Below the pieces are notes generated by a model. That model worked only from the letters and a program-made list of their open reading frames with translations, made no database searches and was not told the origin of the DNA. This document shows positions 1-9,148 of a stretch of 64,000 nt of DNA, in pieces (the first letter of the stretch is position 1; the number at the start of each line of letters is the position of its first letter). The position numbers were made by a program, and so were the translations under genes. The stretch covers positions 310,001-374,000 of IMG/VR virus record IMGVR_UViG_3300034072_000926, one strand, 5' to 3'.

Positions 1-484
1 GTAGATCCAAGTATTCAACTGGAAGGCTGACTGACTTTGTTCCGTAGACGTATGTTGCAGGAGGCTGAACGAAACGGAAGTCCTTGAGGTTCAGCATTTC
101 TTCAATCATTGCGCGAACAAGATCATAGTCTACTACACCAGCAGGACCCTGCGGGCCAGCTGGTCCAGCTGGACCCTGTGGTCCAGTATCGCCGCGATCG
201 CCCTTAGGACCCTGTTCGCCAACGGTTACTGGAATTTCTTTGATGATAGTAGCAGCCGGAACGCTAGTTACTGACTTACCTGCACCAGTATAGAGTTTAC
301 CATCGTTGGCTGTTGGATTAACAACAATCTCATTCGAGGTTGCTGCTGCCTGGCTCTGCGAGGTATTCTTCGTGGTGATCTTGGTAGAATTTTCCGCATC
401 CTTGTTGGAAGGATCGGTATTTGTAGGTTGACCTGGAACGGGAAGATACGTTCCTGGATTGCTCGGAGTTGGGGTGTCAGCCAT
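1..484 (-). CDS. Collagen-like (Gly-X-Y) repeat protein, probably virion/fibre; partial, runs off the left edge
   Basis: Hand-translated from ATG 484 (RBS AGGAGATCG, TAAATA at 512-517): MADTPTPSNPG...GEQGPKGDRGDTGPQGPAGPAGPQGPAG; frame open to base 1. Confidence 0.7.
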   Translation of the reverse strand, partial: MADTPTPSNPGTYLPVPGQPTNTDPSNKDAENSTKITTKNTSQSQAAATSNEIVVNPTANDGKLYTGAGKSVTSVPAATIIKEIPVTVGEQGPKGDRGDTGPQGPAGPAGPQGPAGVVDYDLVRAMIEEMLNLKDFRFVQPPATYVYGTKSVSLPVEYLDL

Positions 485-511
485 ATCGATCTCCTGGATG
501 AGGATTTCTGA

Positions 512-517
512 TATTTA
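512..517 (-). promoter_or_regulatory. T4-like late promoter motif TAAATA
   Basis: cTAAATA about 28 nt upstream of ATG 484; same motif precedes other virion/lysis-type genes. Confidence 0.55.
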
Positions 518-523
518 GCTGTC

Positions 524-787
524 TTACTTCTTTGGGGTCACGCTCGAGAATGCGGGATTGGTTACCTTGTGCATTGCCCCACAAGTCGCGCAATAAAACT
601 CCACCTGTCGGAAAATCATGTTCTCAGACTCGAATGAGGTCTTTGTATTGCACTTCTGGCATGTGAAAACCCAAGGCCCTAAAAGCATCTGCGGATTGTT
701 TTTGACCGTCGAAACGGCGGGCTTCATGGCTAAATCGCCCCTTGATGCTTGAACAGCATTAGGAAAATGGATAATATTGTTGTCCAT
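524..787 (-). CDS. Zn-ribbon protein
   Basis: CQKC...CATC pairs; RBS AGGAG; TAAATA at 827-832. Confidence 0.65.
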   Translation of the reverse strand: MDNNIIHFPNAVQASRGDLAMKPAVSTVKNNPQMLLGPWVFTCQKCNTKTSFESENMIFRQVEFYCATCGAMHKVTNPAFSSVTPKK

Positions 788-826
788 AGCCTAAATCACT
801 CTTTACTCCTACTGGCTGCTCCCAGA

Positions 827-832
827 TATTTA
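827..832 (-). promoter_or_regulatory. T4-like late promoter motif TAAATA
   Basis: cTAAATA upstream of 787. Confidence 0.5.
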
Positions 833-935
833 GTGAGTGATTTCCAAAAGATTTCCATACACTTTTATTCCCAATCTAGGTGCTATAGGAATATTGCAAT
901 CCTGAGATACGCTCGCTAACAAGGTATCGGAAAGG

Positions 936-1187
936 ATGTTTATGGAAGTCTTTATCAAACTCGGAGTGCTCTTCGGTTGCCTATTCACTTCGGCACTCTT
1001 TGTCGTTATGGTAGGCTGCATTCTGGTCCTAATTCTACTCCAGTGGCCTATATGGCGAGACAAAGCATCGCCGCTTTGGGCACGCTGTCTGATCTCCGTT
1101 GGTCTATTGGCTTCAACGTCAATGGGCGGCTTTTTGACCTACAAGACAGCACTCGTGATCTGGGATATGATGCAATATCTCCGATAG
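936..1187 (+). CDS. Small membrane protein (2 TM)
   Basis: Two hydrophobic stretches; AAGGA before ATG. Confidence 0.6.
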   Translation: MFMEVFIKLGVLFGCLFTSALFVVMVGCILVLILLQWPIWRDKASPLWARCLISVGLLASTSMGGFLTYKTALVIWDMMQYLR

Positions 1188-1193
1188 TCTGAC

Positions 1194-1221
1194 TTGACAA
1201 CAGGTCATTAGGCTTTATAGT
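1194..1221 (+). promoter_or_regulatory. Sigma70-type promoter
   Basis: TTGAC-N17-TATAGT upstream of GTG 1240. Confidence 0.7.
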
Positions 1222-1239
1222 CGATTGAACACTTAACAG

Positions 1240-2475
1240 GTGAGATCGACTTTGGACCTTTTGAACCTTATATGGCGTGATCTTCATAACGCCCGTATCT
1301 GGAAAGATGCTCCGGTTCTCGCCCGAGATATCTATAAGGATCATTACGCTAACTATCGGCGCATCTTCCATCGTGCTCGTCCTTTTAACCTCGATTCTAA
1401 GGCGCTTCGGGTCGCCATCGAATTGTCGATGGAAGGCCCGGAGAAGATGGCGGATCGTCTCCTTCTTGCACGACTACCCTTTCCCGAAATGTGGATCGAA
1501 TTTGATCTACACGACAAGCTATTCATCGGCAACGAACTAGGCATCAGTCCCGGTCCGGCCGAAGACACCCCAAGTCGTATTGGCTACCTCTTGCAGGAAG
1601 ATCCTGGTGATCATCTTCGCTGGACTGCAACCACATGGGTGAGTGTAGATAGCATCCGTCAACCGGTCCATAAAGCGCATCGTGATGAAATGCTCACAAG
1701 TGTGGCCATGAATGCGTGGATGATCGACACTGAGAAGCGAGCAATCCCTGAACGAATTGGCGCGATCAATGGTGTAACTCGCCAAGAGATCGAGAGCGCA
1801 ATCAGTCTCAATATCAAGAACGGCGACTATACCAAGGATGATGCTTGGAGGGCTTTTGCTCATCTGGGATGGGGTTATGGCTCCACAATGGATGATGTTA
1901 AGGAAGCCTATGATGGTATTGATCCTATGCGCGTTTTGGGACAGGTCCCTCTGCTTCAGAACTCGATCAACGTCGGATGGGAGCCACTGAGCTATCAGAT
2001 TCGTCCTATCTCAACCGGACGTATCAACGAGCAGTTCGCTAATTCGTGTGTGGAAAGCCGTGGTGATATGCGGACACTGGTTTCCATCCTCGCTCTCATC
2101 AATGAAGTGCCAATTATCGAGACTCCTGTGGAACGCAAAGGCAGTTTCATCGGGGCAGGTGGCGTGATCAAGAAATACCTGACCAACAAAACCGTCACGA
2201 TCAACATTCCAAGCCGCAAGCCCTTGAAGCAAATTCAGAGATTGCTGGCAAAGAAAGTGAAAAGCCACAAGGCTCGACATGAGGTTCGCGGTCACTGGCG
2301 CACGATTATTCACAAGAATGATCACTGGCGTAAGGACAATATGCCAGATGGAACGATCGTCAGGACTTTCATTGCGGCTGGGCAATTGGAGCGAGTCTGG
2401 GTTGAAAGCCACGAACGCGGGGATGCTTCTTATGGCTACGTGAAGCACGATTACAAGATTGAGAAGCGTAAATGA
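1240..2475 (+). CDS. Phage hypothetical protein with C-terminal HxVRGHWR motif
   Basis: 411-aa ORF with its own promoter; KARHEVRGHWRT resembles a motif recurrent in uncharacterised phage proteins. Confidence 0.75.
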   Translation: MRSTLDLLNLIWRDLHNARIWKDAPVLARDIYKDHYANYRRIFHRARPFNLDSKALRVAIELSMEGPEKMADRLLLARLPFPEMWIEFDLHDKLFIGNELGISPGPAEDTPSRIGYLLQEDPGDHLRWTATTWVSVDSIRQPVHKAHRDEMLTSVAMNAWMIDTEKRAIPERIGAINGVTRQEIESAISLNIKNGDYTKDDAWRAFAHLGWGYGSTMDDVKEAYDGIDPMRVLGQVPLLQNSINVGWEPLSYQIRPISTGRINEQFANSCVESRGDMRTLVSILALINEVPIIETPVERKGSFIGAGGVIKKYLTNKTVTINIPSRKPLKQIQRLLAKKVKSHKARHEVRGHWRTIIHKNDHWRKDNMPDGTIVRTFIAAGQLERVWVESHERGDASYGYVKHDYKIEKRK

Positions 2476-2675
2476 GCCTTCCAACTTTCTCAAAGATTTG
2501 GCCTCATGTCGTCAGGGTTCAGACTGAATTGAAGGACGATGCTTGGCTGTGGATCCAGCAATATTGCTGGGATAGTGATATTCCAGGCTATGACATCTTC
2601 ACCTCATTCAGCAATACTGAATTTGGCTTCAAAGACCCCAAACTAGCAATGGAATTCAAGCTCAGGTTTGGCTAA
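2472..2675 (+). CDS. FKLxW-motif array protein
   Basis: Ends FKDPKLAMEFKLRFG; ATGA overlap. Confidence 0.8.
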   Translation: MSLPTFSKIWPHVVRVQTELKDDAWLWIQQYCWDSDIPGYDIFTSFSNTEFGFKDPKLAMEFKLRFG

Positions 2676-2678
2676 ATA
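2673..2678 (+). promoter_or_regulatory. T4-like late promoter motif TAAATA
   Basis: Overlaps upstream TAA stop; followed by AGGAGG and ATG 2697. Confidence 0.5.
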
Positions 2679-2696
2679 CCTCTAGGAGGTATTCAT

Positions 2697-2969
2697 ATGT
2701 CCAAACAATTGAATCTCAAGAAGCAGCTAATCGACCAGGGTTCTCACGCTGGTGCAGCGATGGTTGCGCTTTCCCCACTTATTGCAAGTCCTTCGGTGTT
2801 TACCGCAGCAATTGCTGGCTTTGGTCTAGGCTTGGTTCGCGAAGTCACATCGCGAGGAACTCCTACCAAGTTGAGCAATTTTGTTGATACATTTAAGTCT
2901 CCATGGTCTTGCCTGGATATGTCTTTCTGGACACTAGGCGCTGTTTTGGCCTGGAGCATCTTCAACTAA
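2697..2969 (+). CDS. Small hydrophobic membrane protein (possible holin-like)
   Basis: Hydrophobic Gly/Ala-rich segments; late motif and strong RBS; lacks the array motif. Confidence 0.6.
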   Translation: MSKQLNLKKQLIDQGSHAGAAMVALSPLIASPSVFTAAIAGFGLGLVREVTSRGTPTKLSNFVDTFKSPWSCLDMSFWTLGAVLAWSIFN

Positions 2970-2970
2970 C

Positions 2971-3285
2971 GTGGATCGTCACGTTAGGCACTTAGAACCA
3001 TATTATCTGCAAAAGCAGAGTCTGCTTTTGCAATATCCACTTGTTTTGACTTTAGAGCAAGTGGATAGCATTACAGCCATATCCAATTGGATTGCCGGCG
3101 TTCACATTGATTGTAGGTGGCACGCCTTCCTCTTCAGGAACTTCGGCTTCGAAATTGGATATGACTTCTTCTTTCGTCAGCCTGGAGATGCCTCCCTATT
3201 CAAACTCGCTTGGGGAGGAATCATAGACGATAACATGCCTCCTATCCGTTCTGGATTCTTCCTCGGAGAGCAATGGACTCCTTGA
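2971..3285 (+). CDS. FKLxW-motif array protein
   Basis: FFRQPGDASLFKLAWGG. Confidence 0.75.
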   Translation: MDRHVRHLEPYYLQKQSLLLQYPLVLTLEQVDSITAISNWIAGVHIDCRWHAFLFRNFGFEIGYDFFFRQPGDASLFKLAWGGIIDDNMPPIRSGFFLGEQWTP

Positions 3286-3309
3286 CAAAAGGTTACTTTC
3301 TGCTACATT
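3282..3309 (+). promoter_or_regulatory. Sigma70-type promoter, probably leaderless transcript
   Basis: TTGAC(contains upstream TGA stop)-N17-TACATT, ATG 6 nt later. Confidence 0.65.
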
Positions 3310-3315
3310 GCGGTT

Positions 3316-3585
3316 ATGAAACCGATCGAGTCAAAATATAGAAAATTTCCTTTTGCCTTGGTATTACCCGACCTTATGCCTGTAGGACATGAGTCTCGTC
3401 ACATCGCAATCAAGGAATGGACCGATGCTCTCGATCTGGCTTTCAACACCCATTACGTCTGCTTTGAAGTTCAGAAGAGAGTTCAGTATCGGATAATCTC
3501 TCTCCACTGTTGGGCTTTTAGCGAAAAATGGATGTCACTCCAATTTAAGTTGAAGTTCGGTGGATGGTCGGATACAAATTCATAA
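3316..3585 (+). CDS. FKLxW-motif array protein
   Basis: FSEKWMSLQFKLKFGG. Confidence 0.75.
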   Translation: MKPIESKYRKFPFALVLPDLMPVGHESRHIAIKEWTDALDLAFNTHYVCFEVQKRVQYRIISLHCWAFSEKWMSLQFKLKFGGWSDTNS

Positions 3586-4055
3586 TTGATGGTCGCCCTC
3601 ATGCGACTTTCAACTGGTTCGATGGCGAAGTCAAGATGCAAAGCGCCCTACAGGACTGGTTGAATAGACATCGTTGCTGGGATGGAGCAGATCGAGGCTG
3701 GATGGGATGGACTGATCCATTGCAACTCCGTCCTCTCTGTAACTATAGCCAGATCGATAATACCTGGTTGGTTTTTGATTGGAATCATATCCATATCGGA
3801 AAAGCCTTTCGTGAGCGTTTCTCAAAATGGCGGGAAAGCATGGCTCATGAAGTTCGCTCTCATATTCCCTCTACGAGAACCGGCGAGCAAATTCTCGATC
3901 ATCATAGCAACTGGCTTCTTGCATTGTGTCAAATCGAAGGCCATGACTGGTCCAGGGCCCCATGTGAAAAATCATTTACGGATGATGACAATTGGGTGTA
4001 TAGCTTTGCTTCGAAGAAAGTCGCAGCGGCTTTCAAGATTGTCTTTGGAGTCTAG
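3564..4055 (+). CDS. FKLxW-motif array protein (probably two tandem domains)
   Basis: Internal FDWNHIHIGKAFRERF and terminal FASKKVAAAFKIVFGV. Confidence 0.75.
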   Translation: MVGYKFIIDGRPHATFNWFDGEVKMQSALQDWLNRHRCWDGADRGWMGWTDPLQLRPLCNYSQIDNTWLVFDWNHIHIGKAFRERFSKWRESMAHEVRSHIPSTRTGEQILDHHSNWLLALCQIEGHDWSRAPCEKSFTDDDNWVYSFASKKVAAAFKIVFGV

Positions 4056-4349
4056 ATGTTCAAGTCCCTGAAAGGCTTTGCCGATGATACTAAGCTTGGA
4101 ATGGGACTCCACGTGGATCTATTGCCTGCTGAATATCTCGCAATTGCCAAACGTGAGGATATAGGTCAGACTCCTTTTGCCGATACCCCTGCTTTGATTC
4201 GCGACCATCTGAAAAATTGGTGCGCAGATAATTCTCGCGGTCGATGGAAGTATTCTGACATCAACGTCGATAATCATTTGGCATTCCGCTTTGTCTTCCA
4301 GAAGAAGAGCGAAGCTGTTCGCTTCAAGCTCATATGGGGTGGCAAATGA
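4056..4349 (+). CDS. FKLxW-motif array protein
   Basis: FQKKSEAVRFKLIWGGK. Confidence 0.8.
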   Translation: MFKSLKGFADDTKLGMGLHVDLLPAEYLAIAKREDIGQTPFADTPALIRDHLKNWCADNSRGRWKYSDINVDNHLAFRFVFQKKSEAVRFKLIWGGK

Positions 4350-4546
4350 TCTTCCCTTATATGGTTAGAGTTCCTGATGAACGTGATCCCCGCAATGGTC
4401 ATGATACCATCGAATGGCTAAAAGAGCGCGGTAAGAATCCCGGTAAACATTATGACTTCCATATGCACGGCGGTCAATCGGGATATACGAGCTTCTGGTT
4501 TAAGAGCCGAACGATTGCTCGCTGGGTCGCGTTAGTCTGGACCTGA
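4346..4546 (+). CDS. FKLxW-motif array protein (divergent)
   Basis: FKSRTIARWVALVWT; ATGA overlap start 4346. Confidence 0.7.
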   Translation: MIFPYMVRVPDERDPRNGHDTIEWLKERGKNPGKHYDFHMHGGQSGYTSFWFKSRTIARWVALVWT

Positions 4547-4606
4547 TTTCTATTTTGCAAATTCTACCCTAACTCTGTTAATCCTTTTGGGTTAACGGAG
4601 GTCCTA

Positions 4607-4795
4607 GTGTTTGATCATTCAGTGTTTGTTACTAGCAATTCTCACAATATCAAACTCTTGAAGCAAATGAATTTGAAATTGGGTCGAGATTTCCGTTCCG
4701 AAAAAGGAGCGGTAGCTGCTGGTCGTCCCAATCAATTGCGTCTGCTATTCAAAGACAAAGATCAGGCAATGATCTTCAAGCTAAAGAGCAAATGA
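4607..4795 (+). CDS. FKLxW-motif array protein
   Basis: FKDKDQAMIFKLKSK; GGAGG RBS. Confidence 0.75.
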   Translation: MFDHSVFVTSNSHNIKLLKQMNLKLGRDFRSEKGAVAAGRPNQLRLLFKDKDQAMIFKLKSK

Positions 4796-5037
4796 CCCAT
4801 TACGTTTGGTTTGAAATGCCTGATGGGGTATTTGGTCCCAAGACCCTAGTTGTCAGGGGAGACATAGATGAATGGATTCTTATAAATGATCCACTCAACA
4901 CTATACAATTCAACTTCTTCTCAAAAGATAAGAGAACGCCAGTATTCTATACTAAGGATCTGTCAGACCTTAAATTCATGCGGTTCAAATTCGATTGCCT
5001 GAAAATGGCTCGTAGATTTGCCATAACATTTGTCTGA
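4792..5037 (+). CDS. FKLxW-motif array protein
   Basis: FDCLKMARRFAITFV; ATGA overlap. Confidence 0.7.
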   Translation: MTHYVWFEMPDGVFGPKTLVVRGDIDEWILINDPLNTIQFNFFSKDKRTPVFYTKDLSDLKFMRFKFDCLKMARRFAITFV

Positions 5038-5048
5038 TAAATTAACGT

Positions 5049-5279
5049 ATGGAAGAGATTTTCGTACGCACTCGCAAGCTCAGTATGACACAGCTTCTTG
5101 AAGTGTCTGCATGGTTGAAAGAACACCTAACTGGTTCGGCATCTATCCGACATGCTGATCCTACGATCTATATTCAGCAATATTGCGCTGAAATGGATTC
5201 AGGCAAAAGGATCCATAGGATCAAGGTCCGATTTTTCAACGAGACTGACGCTAGACGCTTCTTAATGGTTTGGGGTTGA
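5049..5279 (+). CDS. FKLxW-motif array protein
   Basis: FFNETDARRFLMVWG. Confidence 0.75.
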   Translation: MEEIFVRTRKLSMTQLLEVSAWLKEHLTGSASIRHADPTIYIQQYCAEMDSGKRIHRIKVRFFNETDARRFLMVWG

Positions 5280-5303
5280 CAAATCACCACTTTATGCTAG
5301 ACA
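5276..5303 (+). promoter_or_regulatory. Sigma70-type promoter
   Basis: TTGAC(contains upstream TGA stop)-N17-TAGACA. Confidence 0.6.
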
Positions 5304-5322
5304 GTAGCATAAGGAGGTGCAA

Positions 5323-5571
5323 ATGAATCAACTGCCAGATATTGAAGACCTGTTTCCCAACCTCGTTCGCGTCAAGCATAACGGGGATGCGTCCGGTGTT
5401 GCACTGAAGATTATGAAGTGGCTTGAAGGCCGTTCCATCATGATCCACAAGGACTTCTATCTGGATATGCAGACTGATTCAGAACGCATCGAGGTCCGCT
5501 TCCGCAAAAAGAAGCCCGCCAAGCTGTTCAAGGAAAACAAGAAAGCAATCCGCGATGAAGTCGAAGGTTGA
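5323..5571 (+). CDS. FKLxW-motif array protein (divergent)
   Basis: EVRFRKKKPAKLFKENK; AAGGAGG RBS supports ATG 5323. Confidence 0.7.
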   Translation: MNQLPDIEDLFPNLVRVKHNGDASGVALKIMKWLEGRSIMIHKDFYLDMQTDSERIEVRFRKKKPAKLFKENKKAIRDEVEG

Positions 5572-5851
5572 TCCTCTCGTCGAGCATGGTTTCAAGATTT
5601 TCATTCCCTACTCGAATACCCGTGCGTTCGAGACTCGTAAACTCACGCACACTGGTGGCAAATACAGCGATCGGAAATATTCCTATGAGCGGGATAATGT
5701 GCCTTCCAAAGAGCTGTCGGCTTGGCTGAAGGAACAGTGCGGGACTCATGGTGTTCTGTGGCTTTGTAAGAAGACCAGTGAGGGCTTCAACATATACTTC
5801 GCGCGCAAAGATGTTGCTATGTTTGCCAAGCTCACGTGGGGCGGGGTGTGA
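5555..5851 (+). CDS. FKLxW-motif array protein
   Basis: FARKDVAMFAKLTWGGV. Confidence 0.75.
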   Translation: MKSKVDPLVEHGFKIFIPYSNTRAFETRKLTHTGGKYSDRKYSYERDNVPSKELSAWLKEQCGTHGVLWLCKKTSEGFNIYFARKDVAMFAKLTWGGV

Positions 5852-6132
5852 CTCATATCTGCATAAAGGCAACCGACGACATCTATGACGGTTTCGGATT
5901 GCGCCTAGAGATCCACGACTGGCTGACAGAAAATGTCGGCTGGGCGGCAAGCGATATGACTGATTATACTTGGGGTAAGAAAGTCGGATATTATGTGCGC
6001 CCATCTGAGAGCGCACTTAATCCGATGTATCAGTCCTCAGGGGATAGACAAACCGGTGGAAATTATCTACACTTCTTGTTCAAAGATCCCGCAAAAGCAA
6101 TGTTGTTCAAACTTAGATGGGGTGGTAAATGA
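5848..6132 (+). CDS. FKLxW-motif array protein
   Basis: FKDPAKAMLFKLRWGGK; GTGA overlap. Confidence 0.8.
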   Translation: MTHICIKATDDIYDGFGLRLEIHDWLTENVGWAASDMTDYTWGKKVGYYVRPSESALNPMYQSSGDRQTGGNYLHFLFKDPAKAMLFKLRWGGK

Positions 6133-6383
6133 CCAATAAGGAAAAGGCCCTCGCCGCTCTGCTCTATGTAAGCCTGATCAAATGGGCCGAGTCGACCATT
6201 GATGTCCTGGAGCGAGTTCGTGCAACTGGCGTCCATGACGATATGATCGATGATCTGATCCACAACGTCAATGACCTCATTGATAAGAAGCTGGCCGAGC
6301 ATCATGACTCTGATGATGTCATGGACGAGATCGAAAAGGTCAATGCCCATATAGTGAAGATGAAAGCTGTCTATGGCGTTTGA
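6129..6383 (+). CDS. Hypothetical helical protein
   Basis: 84 aa, ATGA overlap, acidic/helical; lacks the array motif. Confidence 0.65.
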   Translation: MTNKEKALAALLYVSLIKWAESTIDVLERVRATGVHDDMIDDLIHNVNDLIDKKLAEHHDSDDVMDEIEKVNAHIVKMKAVYGV

Positions 6384-6714
6384 GTGTATCTGGAATGATG
6401 ATGGCACGGTGACTATCCTTGAGGCATTCTCGGATAATCGCTATGCGGGTTCTCCACCTCAAACTGAGGACGAACGTCATGCAGCTCGTGAGAAGAGAAA
6501 TCGTCAAACTGGCTTCGAGAACCTTCGTGACCTCATGAAGGAAATGCAAGACAAGAAGTGGCAAGCATCTCCTCTCTATCACTGGTTCGAAGACCACTGC
6601 CCTGGCTATAAAGTCTTCCTCTCGCATCCCGCAAACTCGATGCCAAAGGAAGCAGCAAAGATCACATTCGCTGATCCTAAACATGCGATGCATTTCAAGC
6701 TAGTCTGGGCGTGA
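6373..6714 (+). CDS. FKLxW-motif array protein
   Basis: FADPKHAMHFKLVWA. Confidence 0.8.
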   Translation: MAFECIWNDDGTVTILEAFSDNRYAGSPPQTEDERHAAREKRNRQTGFENLRDLMKEMQDKKWQASPLYHWFEDHCPGYKVFLSHPANSMPKEAAKITFADPKHAMHFKLVWA

Positions 6715-6974
6715 TCAAGATCACCAATAATGATTATATCGTAATTGTCGATCGCAGTCTTGCGATTATTCAAACCCCTAGTGCAACCTGTCTTAACAAT
6801 GACATGCTCGATTGGCTAACAGTAAACATTGGTCAGCAATCTATGATGGCATTATCTACATCAAACGATGCTGCATGGTTTATGCGGATATGGGATTTTG
6901 CTGGTGATATGAAACAGGGCTTTTTCTTTAAGACGAGGAAGCATGCCTTGTTATTTGCTGCGCGGTGGCTATGA
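6711..6974 (+). CDS. FKLxW-motif array protein
   Basis: FKTRKHALLFAARWL; GTGA overlap. Confidence 0.75.
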   Translation: MIKITNNDYIVIVDRSLAIIQTPSATCLNNDMLDWLTVNIGQQSMMALSTSNDAAWFMRIWDFAGDMKQGFFFKTRKHALLFAARWL

Positions 6975-7195
6975 CTGAGATCATGGTCCAGTTCGATATA
7001 GTGGCTACGAACAATCTCTGGCGAACTCCTAAGATCCTCCTGAATCCTGATGTCAAGGAATTCCTTGATCGCTATAGAGCAACCTTTGAATACCTACTTG
7101 CCGGAGTCTATACGCCACATACCGAGCAATGGCAAGTTCTCTTCACATTCAGAAACAGAGCAGATGCAATCGCATTCAAATTGACATTCTGCTAA
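6971..7195 (+). CDS. FKLxW-motif array protein
   Basis: FRNRADAIAFKLTFC; ATGA overlap. Confidence 0.8.
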   Translation: MTEIMVQFDIVATNNLWRTPKILLNPDVKEFLDRYRATFEYLLAGVYTPHTEQWQVLFTFRNRADAIAFKLTFC

Positions 7196-7210
7196 CCTAT
7201 CCCACATAAC

Positions 7211-7639
7211 GTGGGAATGAAGATCATCACACCCACCGTCGTTTCCATTTCTGGCACGGGCGAAATCCATACTAATCACACCTTTTGGATTGAAAACGAC
7301 GATGGTAGTCGTTTTTCTGTGGATATTCCAAATCACCCTGCAATCATAGAGCAATTTGTATGGCTGAGTGACAATGACTGTCTTCGTCATCTGAAATCAG
7401 TATCGCCTGTTCTTCAAACCAATAACTATGAAATTCAACATGCGATAGATCATAATACTATGATTGATGAGCATTTTTATCTAGCAAAATCATATAAATC
7501 CAAGACTAGTCCTTTTGATCTACTCAGCCCATATGGTAATAGGGTGGAAATCCCTTCCCCGACTTGGGAAGTCCTTTGGTCATTCTGGTCTAAGGAACAT
7601 GCAATCCTATTCAAGATTGCAGTCGGTGGTTCGATTTGA
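7211..7639 (+). CDS. FKLxW-motif array protein
   Basis: FWSKEHAILFKIAVGG. Confidence 0.75.
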   Translation: MGMKIITPTVVSISGTGEIHTNHTFWIENDDGSRFSVDIPNHPAIIEQFVWLSDNDCLRHLKSVSPVLQTNNYEIQHAIDHNTMIDEHFYLAKSYKSKTSPFDLLSPYGNRVEIPSPTWEVLWSFWSKEHAILFKIAVGGSI

Positions 7640-8028
7640 AAATCTTTCAATACAACACCATGTGGGTCCTTATAGGAGATAAGTCTTCTATCTGGCAACA
7701 TGAAGGATCAGTTTCTCGAAAGCCTGAGCTTAAACCTGTCCTGGCCGAGTGGCTTCGTCTAGCATACCCTGATCAGTGGACGACTGTTAACACCTCTAAA
7801 CGAGGTAAATTAATCTCTAGGAACATGAGAGTTCTGAGGGCTTTTAAGCTTCGCTGGGAAGACACGCCAGAGACGACTTTCAGAGCTATAGACACAAGTG
7901 CATTCTATGCACCATATATTCCCTTGCAGATGGTGTCTGCAAATCATCTTCCACCGCCCAAGTTCTTGACAAGATACGACTATTCCTATACCAGTCCTAC
8001 AAGCCCGCTAAAGCCCGACAATTCCTGA
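7636..8028 (+). CDS. FKLxW-motif array protein with C-terminal extension
   Basis: Internal LRAFKLRWED; TTGA overlap. Confidence 0.6.
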   Translation: MKIFQYNTMWVLIGDKSSIWQHEGSVSRKPELKPVLAEWLRLAYPDQWTTVNTSKRGKLISRNMRVLRAFKLRWEDTPETTFRAIDTSAFYAPYIPLQMVSANHLPPPKFLTRYDYSYTSPTSPLKPDNS

Positions 8029-8104
8029 GGGTGTCTGCGGTGCTAACAGGACTTATAGACGCTCATAGGGAGCCGTAGGGCATCTGAGGGTATAGGAAAG
8101 AGTT

Positions 8105-8329
8105 ATGGCACTAGGTGATCGTTATTATAGCGTTGAAGTGCCAAGAGACAATGTCTTGGACGTTGACGGCGACTATTATCGTCCACAATATACTCTTCAC
8201 CGCAAGGTAAAAGACTGGGCCGATGATTATGATATTGATCTCGACTGGTCCTTCGATGATCTCGGCAATGTCTGGTTCGAATTCGATAACCGCGGGGTAG
8301 CGGCTATCTTCCTCCTAAACTGGGCTTGA
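8105..8329 (+). CDS. FKLxW-motif array protein
   Basis: FDNRGVAAIFLLNWA. Confidence 0.75.
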   Translation: MALGDRYYSVEVPRDNVLDVDGDYYRPQYTLHRKVKDWADDYDIDLDWSFDDLGNVWFEFDNRGVAAIFLLNWA

Positions 8330-8353
8330 CATCTAGGCATAATGCCTTAGTCT
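8326..8353 (+). promoter_or_regulatory. Sigma70-type promoter, probably leaderless transcript
   Basis: TTGAC(contains upstream TGA stop)-N17-TAGTCT, ATG 6 nt later. Confidence 0.65.
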
Positions 8354-8359
8354 GCTGAT

Positions 8360-8689
8360 ATGAAATCCGCAGGCACTTATTTTGGATCACATCTACTGGT
8401 TCCCGGTCCGCCCCTAGCTGATTGGGCTGCATCCACGTATGCCTTGATGCAGGATGACTTCGTTGAATGGCTGCGAGAAAACGTAGGCAATGGAGTTGCG
8501 GCTCCCCGAAAGAGCATGGACGACTTCTCTGACTGGTTCTGGCTCGATAATCGGCGTTCAACTCTTGATACGGCTAAATGGCAGAAAAACGGCTTCGTGC
8601 TAGTCTTTCGAGACTCACGCAAAGCCGTTTTCACTAAGATGATATGGGGTGGACGAGACCACCCGTTCTTACTTGACGAGACCGGGTAG
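8360..8689 (+). CDS. FKLxW-motif array protein
   Basis: FRDSRKAVFTKMIWGG. Confidence 0.75.
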   Translation: MKSAGTYFGSHLLVPGPPLADWAASTYALMQDDFVEWLRENVGNGVAAPRKSMDDFSDWFWLDNRRSTLDTAKWQKNGFVLVFRDSRKAVFTKMIWGGRDHPFLLDETG

Positions 8690-9109
8690 GTAACGTCCAC
8701 CCTGCGGTGGCAAGGTCAGAACCTGCTGGCGATTCGAGATGCCGGTCCTTAGGCCGAAACCAATGTGAACCCAACGACGTTTCTCATGAATGAGTTGGTC
8801 AAACTTCATACCAGCAGCAATGAGCTTGGCGCAGATTTCGTATGGAGTGCCGAACTTAGGCGACACAAAGTCAACAGCAAAGCCGTATGAGTGAGCCGAA
8901 GTCGTTACACCACCGACTGCACGATTAACAGCATCGCTCCTGTAGGCCGAGTTGATCTGAATTGGGGTGCCAAGAATCTGACGAACCTTCTCCATCTGTT
9001 GAGCAGTATAGTTTAAGTTCTGTAGAAGCTGACCAGTTGGGATATTGGGAATACCAGTCGAAGTGGTAGTCATTTCTGCAAGGGAGAAATGTGGTGTTAG
9101 CTGAGTCAT
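8669..9109 (-). CDS. Peptidase M15 family (Zn D-Ala-D-Ala peptidase fold) cell-wall hydrolase, probable endolysin
   Basis: LTPHFSLAEM...INSAYRS..VNRAVGG...SAHSYGFAVDF...WVHIG (Zn ligands H-x6-D...H); GGAGG RBS; TAAGTA at 9129-9134. Confidence 0.9.
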   Translation of the reverse strand: MTQLTPHFSLAEMTTTSTGIPNIPTGQLLQNLNYTAQQMEKVRQILGTPIQINSAYRSDAVNRAVGGVTTSAHSYGFAVDFVSPKFGTPYEICAKLIAAGMKFDQLIHEKRRWVHIGFGLRTGISNRQQVLTLPPQGGRYLPGLVK

Positions 9110-9128
9110 AGTCGATCCTCCTTCACCC

Positions 9129-9144
9129 TACTTATCAGTAAATA
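9129..9144. promoter_or_regulatory. Back-to-back late promoter motifs (TAAGTA minus, TAAATA plus)
   Basis: tactta 9129-9134 and taaata 9139-9144 between divergent genes. Confidence 0.5.
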
Positions 9145-9148
9145 GGAG

